A stretch of 64,000 nt of DNA, taken from the NCBI GenBank assembly GCA_963677895.2, contig CAXXGJ010000025.1, forward strand, positions 313,181-377,180, in the 5' to 3' direction. The notes beneath the pieces were generated by a model. The model worked only from the letters and a program-made list of their open reading frames with translations. It ran no database searches and had not been told where the DNA came from. The stretch comes from Treponemataceae bacterium (GTDB lineage Bacteria > Spirochaetota > Spirochaetia > Treponematales > Rectinemataceae). How positions within the stretch are numbered: the first letter of the stretch is position 1; each line of letters starts with the position of its first letter. This document shows positions 1 through 17,017 of this stretch, piece by piece. A program made the position numbers and the translations under genes.

Positions 1-51
1 TGATCAAGAGGCTACCGTTGAGATTGGCGGTTTTTCCCTATTTTTTAATGG

Positions 52-2139
52 CTAAAAGGGTTGCCGCAGGGTTTCATAGCTTTTAAAGCGCGCCTGGAAC
101 TGCGCCCGCCCCCTGCTCATGGACCTCAATTCGCCCGCGAAACCGAAAAGACCGCGCATTGGCGCCTGAGCAGAGATCGTTTTCCGCCCTACCCCGTCCT
201 CCACCGATTCTATCCGTCCGCCTCGGGTGGATATGGCGTTCAGGACGGGACCGAAGTGTTCTTCGGGGCATTCTATGTCGATTTGCATGATCGGTTCCAG
301 TATTTCGGAGCCGGCTTCGAGCAGGGCCCGCCGCGCGGCCATGGCCGTGGCCGCCTCCACCGCGGTCTCCCCGTTTCGGCCGGTGCCGCCGGGAGGCGGA
401 ACCAGATTGACGATGGCGACGCGTACCGCTTCCATCGGCCAACCCTGCAGGGGTCCCACGGATATGGCCGATTCGGCGCCGCGGCGGGCCGCGGCCATGA
501 ACTGGGGCTGAAGCCTCAGTCCCGGGGCGCTGGTCACTTCGTTATCCGTCCCGTCCCCCCCGGACCGGACCGTGATTTCGACAGAAACTCTTATTCTTTC
601 GCCGCCGAAATCGTGATCGAAATCTTCCTTTACGGTAGCCTGCCGAACGAGCCTTTCCCGACAGTTGACCCGGGGGTTGCCCGTCCTTATATGAAGGCCG
701 AATTCACGCCTCAGTCTTTCGGCGACGATGTCCAGGTGCAGTTCCCCCTGGCCTGAGACCTCGAATCGGCCGGTTTCCCTTTCCTCCCTGACACCGAGGG
801 ACAGATCCTCGACCGCGAGGGATTCTAGGGCTTGCCGGATCGCGGCGACGTCCTGGGCGCTGTTGGGTTCCATGATCTGGCTGACGACGGGTTCGGGGAT
901 TTCCAGAGGCTCGAAGAGTATCGGGAAGGAACGTTCGCAGAGGCTGGCGCCCGGTTCCAGTCCCGCCGTCTTCAACGCCACGACTTCCCCCGCCCCGGCT
1001 TCCTTGAGTTCGGTGAGCGATTCGGCGTGTATGCCGAATATTTTTTTGACGATTATGTCCTTGGATGAGCGGGCCTCGAACACCTTGCGTCCGGCATGGA
1101 GGGTACCCGACCATATTCTCGTCCAGGCGTAGTTGTCGCCCGCGCTATCGCGCAGCGTCTTGAAGACGAAGGCGGCGAGGTGGTTTTTTTCGTCGGGCTG
1201 TATCATCAGCGCGGTTTGGGTTCCGGGATTTGTTCCCGCGGGGACTTTCGCCTCGGCCGGCGATGGCAGAAGGGCGATTACGGCGTCCAGGAGAAAGCCT
1301 ACGGAGCAGTCAACGAAGGCGGAGCCGCAGAGGACGGGGACGATGCCGCAGGTTTTCACCGCGCGGGAAGCGGCGCGCGCGAGCAGTTCGGGCGGGACTT
1401 CCTGGTTGGAGGCGTAGAAGGCGAGGACTTCTTCGTCCCGCTCCGCGAGTTTTTCAAGGAGGAGGGCGCGCGCGGCGAGCGCTGCAGTCTTCGAAGAAGC
1501 AAAGAGGGCAGCTTGGGCGAGGGGCAGGGTATCGCTGCAATCCGCCGATTCGAGATTCTCGTCACCGCTAAAGTAATGGGGTTCCATGCTGATCAGGTCG
1601 ACGATGCCGAGCCATTTGCGTCCCTCGAAGATCGGGCTCTGGATGGCGACGGCATCGGGCTCAAGCATGGCGCGCAGATCCTGGACAACACCCAAAAAGT
1701 CGGCACCTGTCCTGTCCATCTTGTTTATGAAGTAGAGGCGCGGTAGTTTTCTGTCGGCGGCGGCCTTCGCGATGACCTCAGTGCGGGCCTGTACGCCAGA
1801 CACGGCGCAGAGGGCGATGACGGCGCCGTCGAGAATCCTGAGCGCCCTGTCGACTTCGTTTCCAAAATCCACATGGCCGGGAGTATCGATGAGGTGGACA
1901 GCCCTCCCCCTCCAGTCGAAGCGCACGGCGGCCGATTTTACCGTTATTCCATGAAGCCTTTCGACGGCCAGATAGTCCGTGGCCGTGGTTCCGTCGTCCA
2001 CGGCGCCCGCTTCCCTTCTCAAGCCCGCGAGGAAAAGCATTTTTTCCGTGATAGAGGTTTTCCCGGCATCGACATGGGCGAGTACGCCTATGTTTCTTAT
2101 GCTCTCCATGCCAACGGCGGAAGGCGGCGAAGCGTTCAT
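52..2139 (-). CDS. Divergent elongation factor G paralogue (probable spirochaete EF-G2 type)
   Basis: 695 aa. G1 AHVDAGKTS, GITVKSAA, DTPGHVDF, NKMD and GQGELHLDI motifs are present. Domain IV is divergent. The start could also be 2109. Confidence 0.85.
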   Translation of the reverse strand: MNASPPSAVGMESIRNIGVLAHVDAGKTSITEKMLFLAGLRREAGAVDDGTTATDYLAVERLHGITVKSAAVRFDWRGRAVHLIDTPGHVDFGNEVDRALRILDGAVIALCAVSGVQARTEVIAKAAADRKLPRLYFINKMDRTGADFLGVVQDLRAMLEPDAVAIQSPIFEGRKWLGIVDLISMEPHYFSGDENLESADCSDTLPLAQAALFASSKTAALAARALLLEKLAERDEEVLAFYASNQEVPPELLARAASRAVKTCGIVPVLCGSAFVDCSVGFLLDAVIALLPSPAEAKVPAGTNPGTQTALMIQPDEKNHLAAFVFKTLRDSAGDNYAWTRIWSGTLHAGRKVFEARSSKDIIVKKIFGIHAESLTELKEAGAGEVVALKTAGLEPGASLCERSFPILFEPLEIPEPVVSQIMEPNSAQDVAAIRQALESLAVEDLSLGVREERETGRFEVSGQGELHLDIVAERLRREFGLHIRTGNPRVNCRERLVRQATVKEDFDHDFGGERIRVSVEITVRSGGDGTDNEVTSAPGLRLQPQFMAAARRGAESAISVGPLQGWPMEAVRVAIVNLVPPPGGTGRNGETAVEAATAMAARRALLEAGSEILEPIMQIDIECPEEHFGPVLNAISTRGGRIESVEDGVGRKTISAQAPMRGLFGFAGELRSMSRGRAQFQARFKSYETLRQPF

Positions 2140-2170
2140 GATGTTTTAGTATAGATCGGATGTATTCAAT

Positions 2171-2195
2171 AAAAAAGCCGCCCGAAGGACGGCTT
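2171..2195 (-). terminator. Rho-independent terminator (second one after rpsG)
   Basis: Minus strand AAGCCGTCC-TTC-GGGCGGC followed by T6. Confidence 0.7.
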
Positions 2196-2300
2196 GCACT
2201 GCTTGGAAAGGGCGACGCTTATGGCCAACGCTCGCCTGCGGCTCGCTATGGCCACGCGCGCGGTAGCGCGCGAGAGCGAACAAAGCGTTCATAAGCCAAT

Positions 2301-2326
2301 AAAAAAGCCCCGCATAGCGGGGCTTT
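2301..2326 (-). terminator. Rho-independent terminator after rpsG
   Basis: Minus strand GCCCCGC-TAT-GCGGGGC followed by T6. Confidence 0.85.
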
Positions 2327-2342
2327 AATTGTTAAAGTTCGA

Positions 2343-2813
2343 CTACCACTTATAGTGAGCGAACGCTTTGTTCGCTTCAGCCATTTTGTGCATGTCTTCT
2401 TTCTTCTTGATGGCGGTGCCGGTGCCGTTGAAGGCATCGAGCATCTCATCGGCGAGCTTCTCAGGCATGGCCTTGCCGCTGCGGGCGCGGCTGGCGTTGA
2501 TGAGCCAGCGCATGGCCAGAGCCTCGCGCCTGGAGTCGCGAATCTCGATGGGGACCTGATAGGTCGCACCACCGACGCGTCGGGACTTTACCTCGACGGC
2601 GGGCTTGGCATTCTCGAGCGCCTTGGTGAAAACGTCGAGCGCCGGAACGCCGGCTTTCTGCTGCATGATTTCGAGAGCGTCGTACATGATGCGCGTGCAA
2701 GTGGATTTCTTGCCCTGAATCATCATTCTGCAGACGAACTTGGTGATGCTGACGGAATTGTACTTCGTATCGGGCGCGTGGCCGCGATCGATGGATTTCT
2801 TTTTTCTGCCCAT
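2343..2813 (-). CDS. rpsG: 30S ribosomal protein S7
   Basis: 156 aa, EVKSRRVGGATYQVP and MAEANKAFAHY. Confidence 0.99.
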   Translation of the reverse strand: MGRKKKSIDRGHAPDTKYNSVSITKFVCRMMIQGKKSTCTRIMYDALEIMQQKAGVPALDVFTKALENAKPAVEVKSRRVGGATYQVPIEIRDSRREALAMRWLINASRARSGKAMPEKLADEMLDAFNGTGTAIKKKEDMHKMAEANKAFAHYKW

Positions 2814-2830
2814 TTATTTCGCCTCTTTCC

Positions 2831-3205
2831 TTACGCCTTGGGCTTTTTGGCACCGTATTTGGAACGAGCCTTCTTGCGGTCTTCGACGCCGAGCGTATCT
2901 TTGGCACCGCGGATGATGTGGTAGCGCACACCAGGAAGGTCCTTTACACGGCCTCCCCTGACGAGCACGACGGAGTGTTCCTGAAGGTTGTGGCCTACAC
3001 CCGGGATATAAGCGGTAACTTCGATACCGTTCGTTAAGCGCACGCGCGCGACTTTTCGCAAAGCCGAGTTAGGCTTCTTGGGCGTAACGGTCATGACGCG
3101 GGTGCAGACGCCGCGACGCTGTGGGCACTCATTCAGTGCCGGGGCTTTGGTCCGCCATGTGTTTGTCTTTCTGCCATTGCGGATAAGCTGGTTGATCGTC
3201 GGCAT
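2831..3205 (-). CDS. rpsL: 30S ribosomal protein S12
   Basis: [18 protein letters not shown] and [10 protein letters not shown]. Confidence 0.99.
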   Translation of the reverse strand: MPTINQLIRNGRKTNTWRTKAPALNECPQRRGVCTRVMTVTPKKPNSALRKVARVRLTNGIEVTAYIPGVGHNLQEHSVVLVRGGRVKDLPGVRYHIIRGAKDTLGVEDRKKARSKYGAKKPKA

Positions 3206-3318
3206 ATATGCTCTAGACTCCCTTATGTGGTCGCTTGCGCGTCAGCATCGCGCGGACCAGTTTCATTAATCGCGGGTTCAGAAAGCCGGAAAGTGCGGTG
3301 GCGCTTCCCAGGCGATCC

Positions 3319-3348
3319 AAGATACCCCTATAGATCAATCATTGTCAA
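3319..3348 (-). promoter_or_regulatory. Sigma70-type promoter for rpsLG
   Basis: TTGACA-18 bp-TATCTT on the minus strand, between rpoC and rpsL. Confidence 0.6.
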
Positions 3349-3413
3349 TACCGGCACCCGATCGATTTCCGGATGCCGGATCCTAAAACCCATACGTCCC
3401 GAGGGGGACTAAC

Positions 3414-7757
<4,344 letters not shown>

Positions 7758-7772
7758 GCTTCCCCCTAAAGG

Positions 7773-11270
<3,498 letters not shown>

Positions 11271-11587
11271 CCGTTACCCCTCCTGAAGCACGCTGTCGAA
11301 GCGCGCGGGTCATTCGGTCTGCGCTAGAACGTCGCCGCGCTGCTTGAACGCGCGGCACCTCACAATGAAGCGCAGCAATACATAAGAAACTTGCGGTCAT
11401 CCCGAGGCACTCGCCAAGTGTCTCCGGAAAACCGCGCTTCCTTTCCCGACGCGGCGCTACGCGCCGCATCCGAAAAGGAAGCGCATGGTAGAATCTGTGG
11501 ACCGTCCCGAAGGCGCCGGAAAGGCGCGTATCGGAAGGCAAGCCAACCGGCCCGCCTCCCGACACAGCTTCGGAAAGTCGCGATGCC

Positions 11588-11974
11588 TTATTTGACTTCG
11601 ACTGCTCCGCCGGCTTCGACGATAGCCGCCTTGACCTTTTCGGCTTCTTCCTTGGAGACGTTCTCCTTGAGAGCCTTGTCTCCGGCTTCGACGAGGTCTT
11701 TCGCCTCTTTGAGGCCGAGACCGGTGATGGCGCGAACGGCCTTGATGATGGAAATTTTCTTGTCCGCGGGAACGTTGCCCTTGAGGACGACCGTGAACTC
11801 GGTCTTTTCCTCGACGGGGGCGGCTGCTGCGGCGGCGGGGCCGGCTGCTGCGGCGACGGGGGCCGCGGCGGTGACGCCGAACTTCTCTTCCATGGCCTTG
11901 ACGAGATCGGCGATCTCGAGAACCGTCATGGAGGCTACTGCGTCGATAATCTGATCTTTGGTAAGCGCTGCCAT
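11588..11974 (-). CDS. rplL: 50S ribosomal protein L7/L12
   Basis: MAALTKDQI start with a GGAG SD, Ala-rich hinge, [12 protein letters not shown]. Confidence 0.98.
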   Translation of the reverse strand: MAALTKDQIIDAVASMTVLEIADLVKAMEEKFGVTAAAPVAAAAGPAAAAAAPVEEKTEFTVVLKGNVPADKKISIIKAVRAITGLGLKEAKDLVEAGDKALKENVSKEEAEKVKAAIVEAGGAVEVK

Positions 11975-12138
11975 ATTATCTTCTCCTGGTAAAAACGCTG
12001 GATCACCCATACGGGCGATCATATTCCAGACCGACAGGAACGGCAGCAATCCGAAGCCTGACGGTCAAATTCGCTTGATCACGGGTTTCGCGTCCTGCGC
12101 GAAACCCGAAAATCAAAATTCGCTCGAGCGGATTTTGA

Positions 12139-12684
12139 TTAAGCCTCGGCGGCTTTTTTCTCTTCTATGGCCTTGAGCACGCGCACCAGCTTGGTGGGAA
12201 TCGCGTTGAGGACATAGACGAGGTTCTGGGCGGGACCGTTCATCGCCGACAGCAACATCGCGATGAGCTGGCCGCGGCCGGGGAGTTTCGAGAAAGCCTC
12301 AACCTGGGCGAGGTCCATGAAGCTCTTGTCCACCACGGCGCCCTTGATCTTGAGATTAGGGACTTCCTTGGCGAAACCAAGGAGAACCTTGGCGACCTCG
12401 TTGGAATCGGATTTCACGAAGGTGACAGCCGTGGGTCCGGAGAGTACCGGCTCCACATCGTTGGTATATCCCAGTTCCTCGAAGGCGATTCGCGCGAAAT
12501 TGTTCTTGACGACGTGCAGCTCGGCTCCCTTCTCGCGCAGCTGGTGGCGAAGGGTGGTGATCTGCTCGACCGTGAGTCCGCGGTATTCGGCGAATACGAA
12601 GTCGCTTGAGCCGTTGATCATGCTTTTCAGCGCGTCGATGGCTTCGGCTTTGGAGGACTGTATTTTGTTTGCTCTCATCGCCAT
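12139..12684 (-). CDS. rplJ: 50S ribosomal protein L10
   Basis: EYRGLTV and VVKNNFA motifs, lying between rplA and rplL. Confidence 0.97.
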   Translation of the reverse strand: MAMRANKIQSSKAEAIDALKSMINGSSDFVFAEYRGLTVEQITTLRHQLREKGAELHVVKNNFARIAFEELGYTNDVEPVLSGPTAVTFVKSDSNEVAKVLLGFAKEVPNLKIKGAVVDKSFMDLAQVEAFSKLPGRGQLIAMLLSAMNGPAQNLVYVLNAIPTKLVRVLKAIEEKKAAEA

Positions 12685-12688
12685 AGGG

Positions 12689-13375
12689 TTACCTCTTCTC
12701 GTTCTTGGCAATTACGACGCGTACGCTCGGCCCCATGGTGGAAGCCAAATATACGGAGCCCATGAAGTCGCCTTTCGCGTCGGCGGGGCGTTTCCTGTTG
12801 ATCTCGTCGATGAGGATGGCAACGTTCTCGGCGATCTGGGCGGCTTCCATGGAAACCTTTCCGATGGCGAGATGGACGATGTTGGTCTTGTCGGACCTGA
12901 ATTCGGTGCGTCCCTTCCTGAGTTCGGCGAGAGCGGCCTTGAGATCGTTGGTGACGGTGCCGGTCTTCGGGTTGGGCATGAGGCCCTTGCGGCCTAGGAC
13001 CATACCGAGCTTGCCGACGTCCTTCATCATATCGGGAGTAGCGACGGCGACATCGAAGTCGAGCCAGCCGCCCTTGATCTTCTCGATGAGCTCGGCTTCG
13101 CCGGCATAGGCGGCTCCGTACTCCAGGGCTTCCTTGACGCGTTCGGGCTTGCAGAACACAAGGACTTTCTTCTCGCCGCGGAACTGGTTGGGAAGAACCA
13201 CAGTGTCGCGCACCGACTGGCTCTTCTTGAGGTTGAGCCTGACATGGACCTCCACGGTCTCGTCGAATTTGGCGAATTTCGCTTCCTTCACGAGAGCGCA
13301 GGCCGAGGCCAGATCGTATTCCTGGGCGGGATCCACTTTCTTAGCGGCTTCGAGATATTTTTTTCCGTGCTTCAT
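12689..13375 (-). CDS. rplA: 50S ribosomal protein L1
   Basis: [17 protein letters not shown] and STMGP. Confidence 0.99.
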   Translation of the reverse strand: MKHGKKYLEAAKKVDPAQEYDLASACALVKEAKFAKFDETVEVHVRLNLKKSQSVRDTVVLPNQFRGEKKVLVFCKPERVKEALEYGAAYAGEAELIEKIKGGWLDFDVAVATPDMMKDVGKLGMVLGRKGLMPNPKTGTVTNDLKAALAELRKGRTEFRSDKTNIVHLAIGKVSMEAAQIAENVAILIDEINRKRPADAKGDFMGSVYLASTMGPSVRVVIAKNEKR

Positions 13376-13809
13376 TTCTTCAGCTCCGTCTCTACGCCCA
13401 TGGAACGGGCGGTTCCAGCGATGATGCGCATGGCGGCATGAATGTCGTTGGCGTTAAGGTCCGGCATTTTCTGCTTCGCGATCCCCTCGAGCTTGTCGAG
13501 CGTAAGCTTGGCGACCTTGTCTTTCTGAGGAATCGCTGAACCTTTTTCGATGCCGCAGGCTTTCTTGATGAGTACGCTTGCCGGAGGAGTCTTCAGGATG
13601 AAAGTGAAGGACTTGTCCTGGTAGACGGTGATGATCGCCGGAATCACAAGGCCGGGCTCCATGCTCTTGGTGCGTTCGTTGAACTGCTGGCAGAACATGG
13701 GCGCCGAAACGCCATGAGGGCCGAGAGCAGGACCAACGGGCGGCGCCGGAGTCGCCTTGCCGGCGGGGCACTGCAACTTTACGATCGCAGTAATCTTCTT
13801 TTTGGCCAT
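13372..13809 (-). CDS. rplK: 50S ribosomal protein L11
   Basis: [14 protein letters not shown] and GTARSMG. Confidence 0.99.
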   Translation of the reverse strand: MAKKKITAIVKLQCPAGKATPAPPVGPALGPHGVSAPMFCQQFNERTKSMEPGLVIPAIITVYQDKSFTFILKTPPASVLIKKACGIEKGSAIPQKDKVAKLTLDKLEGIAKQKMPDLNANDIHAAMRIIAGTARSMGVETELKK

Positions 13810-13819
13810 AGCCGTTCTC

Positions 13820-13885
13820 CTTTTGTGGTGTACCCGGCCGCATAAGCGCCCGGGGTAGCGTTCCGCCTACGTGCGGAACTCCCAT
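13820..13885 (-). promoter_or_regulatory. Putative structured rplK leader (L1 autoregulation-like site)
   Basis: Minus strand TGGGAG-hairpin(GTTCCGC/GCGGAAC)...ACCAC just before the AGGAG SD. This resembles L1-binding leaders. Confidence 0.45.
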
Positions 13886-14041
13886 CTTGTGGAGTTTAAA
13901 ACCCCTATCTGAGAAGTCTCGTCAAAGTCCTAAAGGACTTTGACGGTACCGCTTTTCAAAAGAACAAAGGATCGGAAGCCGCGCGAGCGACAACCATCCC
14001 CCTGAAACGCCTTTACGCCCGCGAAGAGGGCGTTCGGGTCA

Positions 14042-14599
14042 TCAGGTCTTTTCTACCTGGGTCATATCGACTTCCACGGGCGTGGATCTGCCGAATATGC
14101 CCACCATCACCTTGAGGCGATTCTTCTCGACATTCACCTCTTCGATGGTGCCGGAGAAGGACTCGAAAGGTCCTTCTATTATCTTCACCTGCTCTCCCTG
14201 AGAGTAGGTCTGTTTCATCCTTATCTGACGATCGCCCTTGAGCTCGCCGGAACGCTGAAGAATGCGCCTGACTTCCTCGTTGGGAATGGGCTGCGGCTTG
14301 TTGCTCACATTGGAGCCGACAAAACCGGTCACGCCGGTGATCTTCCGTATCCCGGAACAGGTGGCTTTCCAGCCGTTGTCAGGGAGATCCATTTCCACAA
14401 GGATATAGCCGGGAAGGATCTTTCTCGTCACCGTCTTTTTCTTGCCGTCCTTGACATCGGTCACCTCTTCGGTCGGGACCTTTATGTCGGACACGATTTC
14501 ATGGGATAGATCACCCGCGTCGATCATCATGCGGATAGTTTTCTCTATCTTGTTTTCATACCCAGAGTAAACATGAAGAATATACCAGGATTTTGCCAT
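14042..14599 (-). CDS. nusG: Transcription antitermination factor NusG
   Basis: WYILHVYSGYE, PGYILVEM and the KOW motif GPFESFSG. Confidence 0.98.
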   Translation of the reverse strand: MAKSWYILHVYSGYENKIEKTIRMMIDAGDLSHEIVSDIKVPTEEVTDVKDGKKKTVTRKILPGYILVEMDLPDNGWKATCSGIRKITGVTGFVGSNVSNKPQPIPNEEVRRILQRSGELKGDRQIRMKQTYSQGEQVKIIEGPFESFSGTIEEVNVEKNRLKVMVGIFGRSTPVEVDMTQVEKT

Positions 14600-14611
14600 C
14601 CTCACTCCGCC

Positions 14612-14794
14612 TTAACGGAAGACAATTTCAATGCCCAGTACGAGGAGAAAGTCGATCAAACCAAGCAGAAGAGCCACCGCTACCGTCGAGATCACGACTA
14701 CTTTGGTAGAGGAGATGACATCTTCCCTGCTCGGCCAAACGACTTTGGCCAGCTCTGCGTAACTATCTTTGAAGAACTGAACGATCTTCTTCAT
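14612..14794 (-). CDS. secE: Preprotein translocase subunit SecE
   Basis: 60 aa, ELAKVVWPSR plus a TM helix, upstream of nusG. Confidence 0.97.
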   Translation of the reverse strand: MKKIVQFFKDSYAELAKVVWPSREDVISSTKVVVISTVAVALLLGLIDFLLVLGIEIVFR

Positions 14795-14828
14795 GACGGC
14801 TCCTTGATACGATAAAAAACGCTGGCAA

Positions 14829-14901
14829 CAGGCCAGGAAGGACTCGAACCCTCAACATCCGGTTTTGGAGACCGGCGCTCTACCATTAGAGCTACTGGCC
14901 T
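14829..14901 (-). tRNA. tRNA-Trp (CCA)
   Basis: AGGCCAG/CTGGCCT acceptor stem, CCGGT-CT-CCA-AA-ACCGG anticodon arm, GTTCGAGTC T-loop. The CCA end is not encoded. Confidence 0.96.
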
Positions 14902-14972
14902 AGGGTGAATCACGAAGCCAGAGGCCCCGCGATACCATTATCCCAAAAAGACAAAACCCCTGAGGGCCAGCC

Positions 14973-15146
14973 TTATTTGACCTTGGTCTCTTTGTGGAGC
15001 GTGTGCTTCTTGTCCCACTTGCAGTACTTCATCAGCTCAAGCTTTTCCTGCATGGTCTTGCGGTTTTTCGTCGTGGTATAGTTTCGGCGCTTGCACTCAG
15101 TGCACTGCAGGGCGATTATCTCTACCGTCTGTTTCTTTGCAGCCAT
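14973..15146 (-). CDS. rpmG: 50S ribosomal protein L33 (57 aa, below the ORF-track cutoff)
   Basis: Translated by hand: [57 protein letters not shown]. Confidence 0.96.
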   Translation of the reverse strand: MAAKKQTVEIIALQCTECKRRNYTTTKNRKTMQEKLELMKYCKWDKKHTLHKETKVK

Positions 15147-15208
15147 CGTATTATCCTTTCGTGGCGCGACTTAAAATGCCCCGCGCCTGAATGCTAAAAA
15201 TATGTAAA

Positions 15209-15281
15209 AGCCCCCGAACGGAATCGAACCGTTGACCTTATCCTTACCATGGATATGCTCTGCCGTCTGAGCTACAGGGGC
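15209..15281 (-). tRNA. tRNA-Thr (GGT)
   Basis: GCCCCTG/CGGGGGC acceptor stem, TATCC-AT-GGT-AA-GGATA anticodon arm, GTTCGATTC T-loop. Confidence 0.96.
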
Positions 15282-15299
15282 GAGGGTTAGAGCATCGGG

Positions 15300-15328
15300 A
15301 ATTTATCATTTATAGAGGGTGATGTCAA
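15300..15328 (-). promoter_or_regulatory. Sigma70 promoter of the tRNA-Thr/rpmG/secE/nusG unit
   Basis: TTGACA-17 bp-TAAATT with an extended -10 TG. Confidence 0.75.
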
Positions 15329-15361
15329 TAGCGTGGAATCGATATTCCATGAAGCTTGGCA

Positions 15362-16981
15362 TCAGGACTGCTTCCGGGAACGTCGGTTTCCGATGGCCGA
15401 AGCCAGGGAATAGGCCACCGAATCCTTGGTGACGACGAGGATTGCGACGCCTATCGCGCCGAAAAGCAGGGCGAGAATTACGAAGGGCAGACCGGCCGCC
15501 ACAATGCCGGATTTCGACGAGGCGAAGGCATTGACGAGGGGTGCCTTGAGGAAAAGCACGGGAATGGAGGCGACGAGGGAATAGGCCAGAAGCTTCAGGG
15601 CGTAAACGGCGCAGCGTCCCAAGGCTTCGCTCAAGCCCCGGGTTTTGCCTTTCAGCAGGACGGCGACGAGGATGGCGGTATTCACGGCGCTGGAAAGCGA
15701 AAGCGCGAAGGCGATGCCCGGCCCCTTGAAGGGAAAGGCGAGAAGAGCGACGAGGGCGATGTTGACGGCGAAGCTGGCTATTCCCGCCAGGGCTGGAGTC
15801 TTGGAATCGGATCTCGCGTAGAACGCTGGGGCTATGACCCTGTTGGCGGCGATGAAGGCGAGCCCCGTCTGATGCCAGAAAAAGGCCGAGGCGGTGAGCC
15901 GCACCGATTCATCGGTAAAGCCGCCGCGCTTGAAAAGCAGGGTGACGATCTGCTCGCCCGTGATCATGGAAAAGACCGCGACGGGGATGGTGGCGATCAG
16001 CAGGGTCTGGAGCGTCTTTCCGATGCGCGAGGAATAAAGCGCCCAGTCGCCGCGCTTCACGGCGTCGGTCAGGCCGGGGAGAAGGACGGTGCCGGCCGAT
16101 ACGGCAAAGACGCCGAGGATAAGCTCCTGGAGCCGTATCGAATACTGGAGGCTGGAGGCTATGCCCGTCCCCGCCCGCGAGGCGAAGGCCGTGCTCACGA
16201 GGTCGTTCAGCTGATAGGCGGCCATGCCGATGATGGTCGGGCCTATGAGGGCGAATACCTTCCGCATGCCCGGATCCCTGAAAGCCGCGCGCGGCGAGAT
16301 GAAGCCGAAGCGGATTCCGGTTTTCAGCACCGCGGGAAGCTGCCACAGGGCTTGGGCCATGCCGCCGGTCACGACGCCGATGGCCATGGCGCGCGCCGGG
16401 TTGGGCATCCAGCGGGAAATGGCCCAGGGAACGACGATGAAGCAGACGTTGAAGAGGATGGGGGCGAAACCGGAAGGGGCGAATACGCCGAAGGAATTGA
16501 GAATGCCCTGGAAGAGCGCCGCGATGGAGACGAGGGCGAGGAAGGGAAACATGATCCTCGTCAGCACGATGGTCTCAGCCGGATCGGAGCCGAAAGCCTT
16601 CACAATCCAGGGCGTCGCGGCTATGCCCAGGGCTACGACGCTTCCCACGAGGATGAGGAGGACGGTGAGGCTCGAGGAGAGGAACTGCTTCGTCGCTTTT
16701 TCGTCTTTATCGTGGAGATAACCTTTGAATGTTGGAATGAAGGCCACCGAGATGGAGTTTTCGGCGAAGAGGCGGCGCATGAAGTTGGGGATCATGAAGG
16801 AAACGGAGAAGGCGTCGGAAAGGACGCCCGTGCCGAGGAAGACCGCCTTGGTCATCTCCCGCACCAGACCCAGGACTCTGGAAACCATGGTGAGGACGGA
16901 GAGCATGCCGGCGTCCCTCACCATCTGCTTTTCTTCGCCTGAGTCGCTCGCGCTCTGATTATCGTCAATTTCGGACATCAT
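15362..16981 (-). CDS. murJ: Lipid II flippase MurJ (MviN)
   Basis: SRVLGLVRE, IPNFMRRLFAE and multiple TM helices. Confidence 0.95.
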   Translation of the reverse strand: MMSEIDDNQSASDSGEEKQMVRDAGMLSVLTMVSRVLGLVREMTKAVFLGTGVLSDAFSVSFMIPNFMRRLFAENSISVAFIPTFKGYLHDKDEKATKQFLSSSLTVLLILVGSVVALGIAATPWIVKAFGSDPAETIVLTRIMFPFLALVSIAALFQGILNSFGVFAPSGFAPILFNVCFIVVPWAISRWMPNPARAMAIGVVTGGMAQALWQLPAVLKTGIRFGFISPRAAFRDPGMRKVFALIGPTIIGMAAYQLNDLVSTAFASRAGTGIASSLQYSIRLQELILGVFAVSAGTVLLPGLTDAVKRGDWALYSSRIGKTLQTLLIATIPVAVFSMITGEQIVTLLFKRGGFTDESVRLTASAFFWHQTGLAFIAANRVIAPAFYARSDSKTPALAGIASFAVNIALVALLAFPFKGPGIAFALSLSSAVNTAILVAVLLKGKTRGLSEALGRCAVYALKLLAYSLVASIPVLFLKAPLVNAFASSKSGIVAAGLPFVILALLFGAIGVAILVVTKDSVAYSLASAIGNRRSRKQS

Positions 16982-17017
16982 GTTCCTTCGGAAAAAGACA
17001 GGCCGATCCCTTAGCCT

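Noticed and set aside
52..2139. TetM/TetO ribosomal protection protein
   Set aside because: The str-locus position, host-like GC content, EF-G length and lack of mobile context favour an EF-G paralogue.
11271..11587. Possible ncRNA or riboswitch in the rplL-rpoB spacer (also 40190-40290 and 59715-59830)
   Set aside because: These are GC-rich and foldable, but I recognise no family motif. An Infernal/Rfam scan would be needed.
15356..16942. 528-aa plus-strand ORF opposite murJ, and the 583-aa ORF at 34161-35912
   Set aside because: Both are antisense shadow ORFs of well-supported genes.
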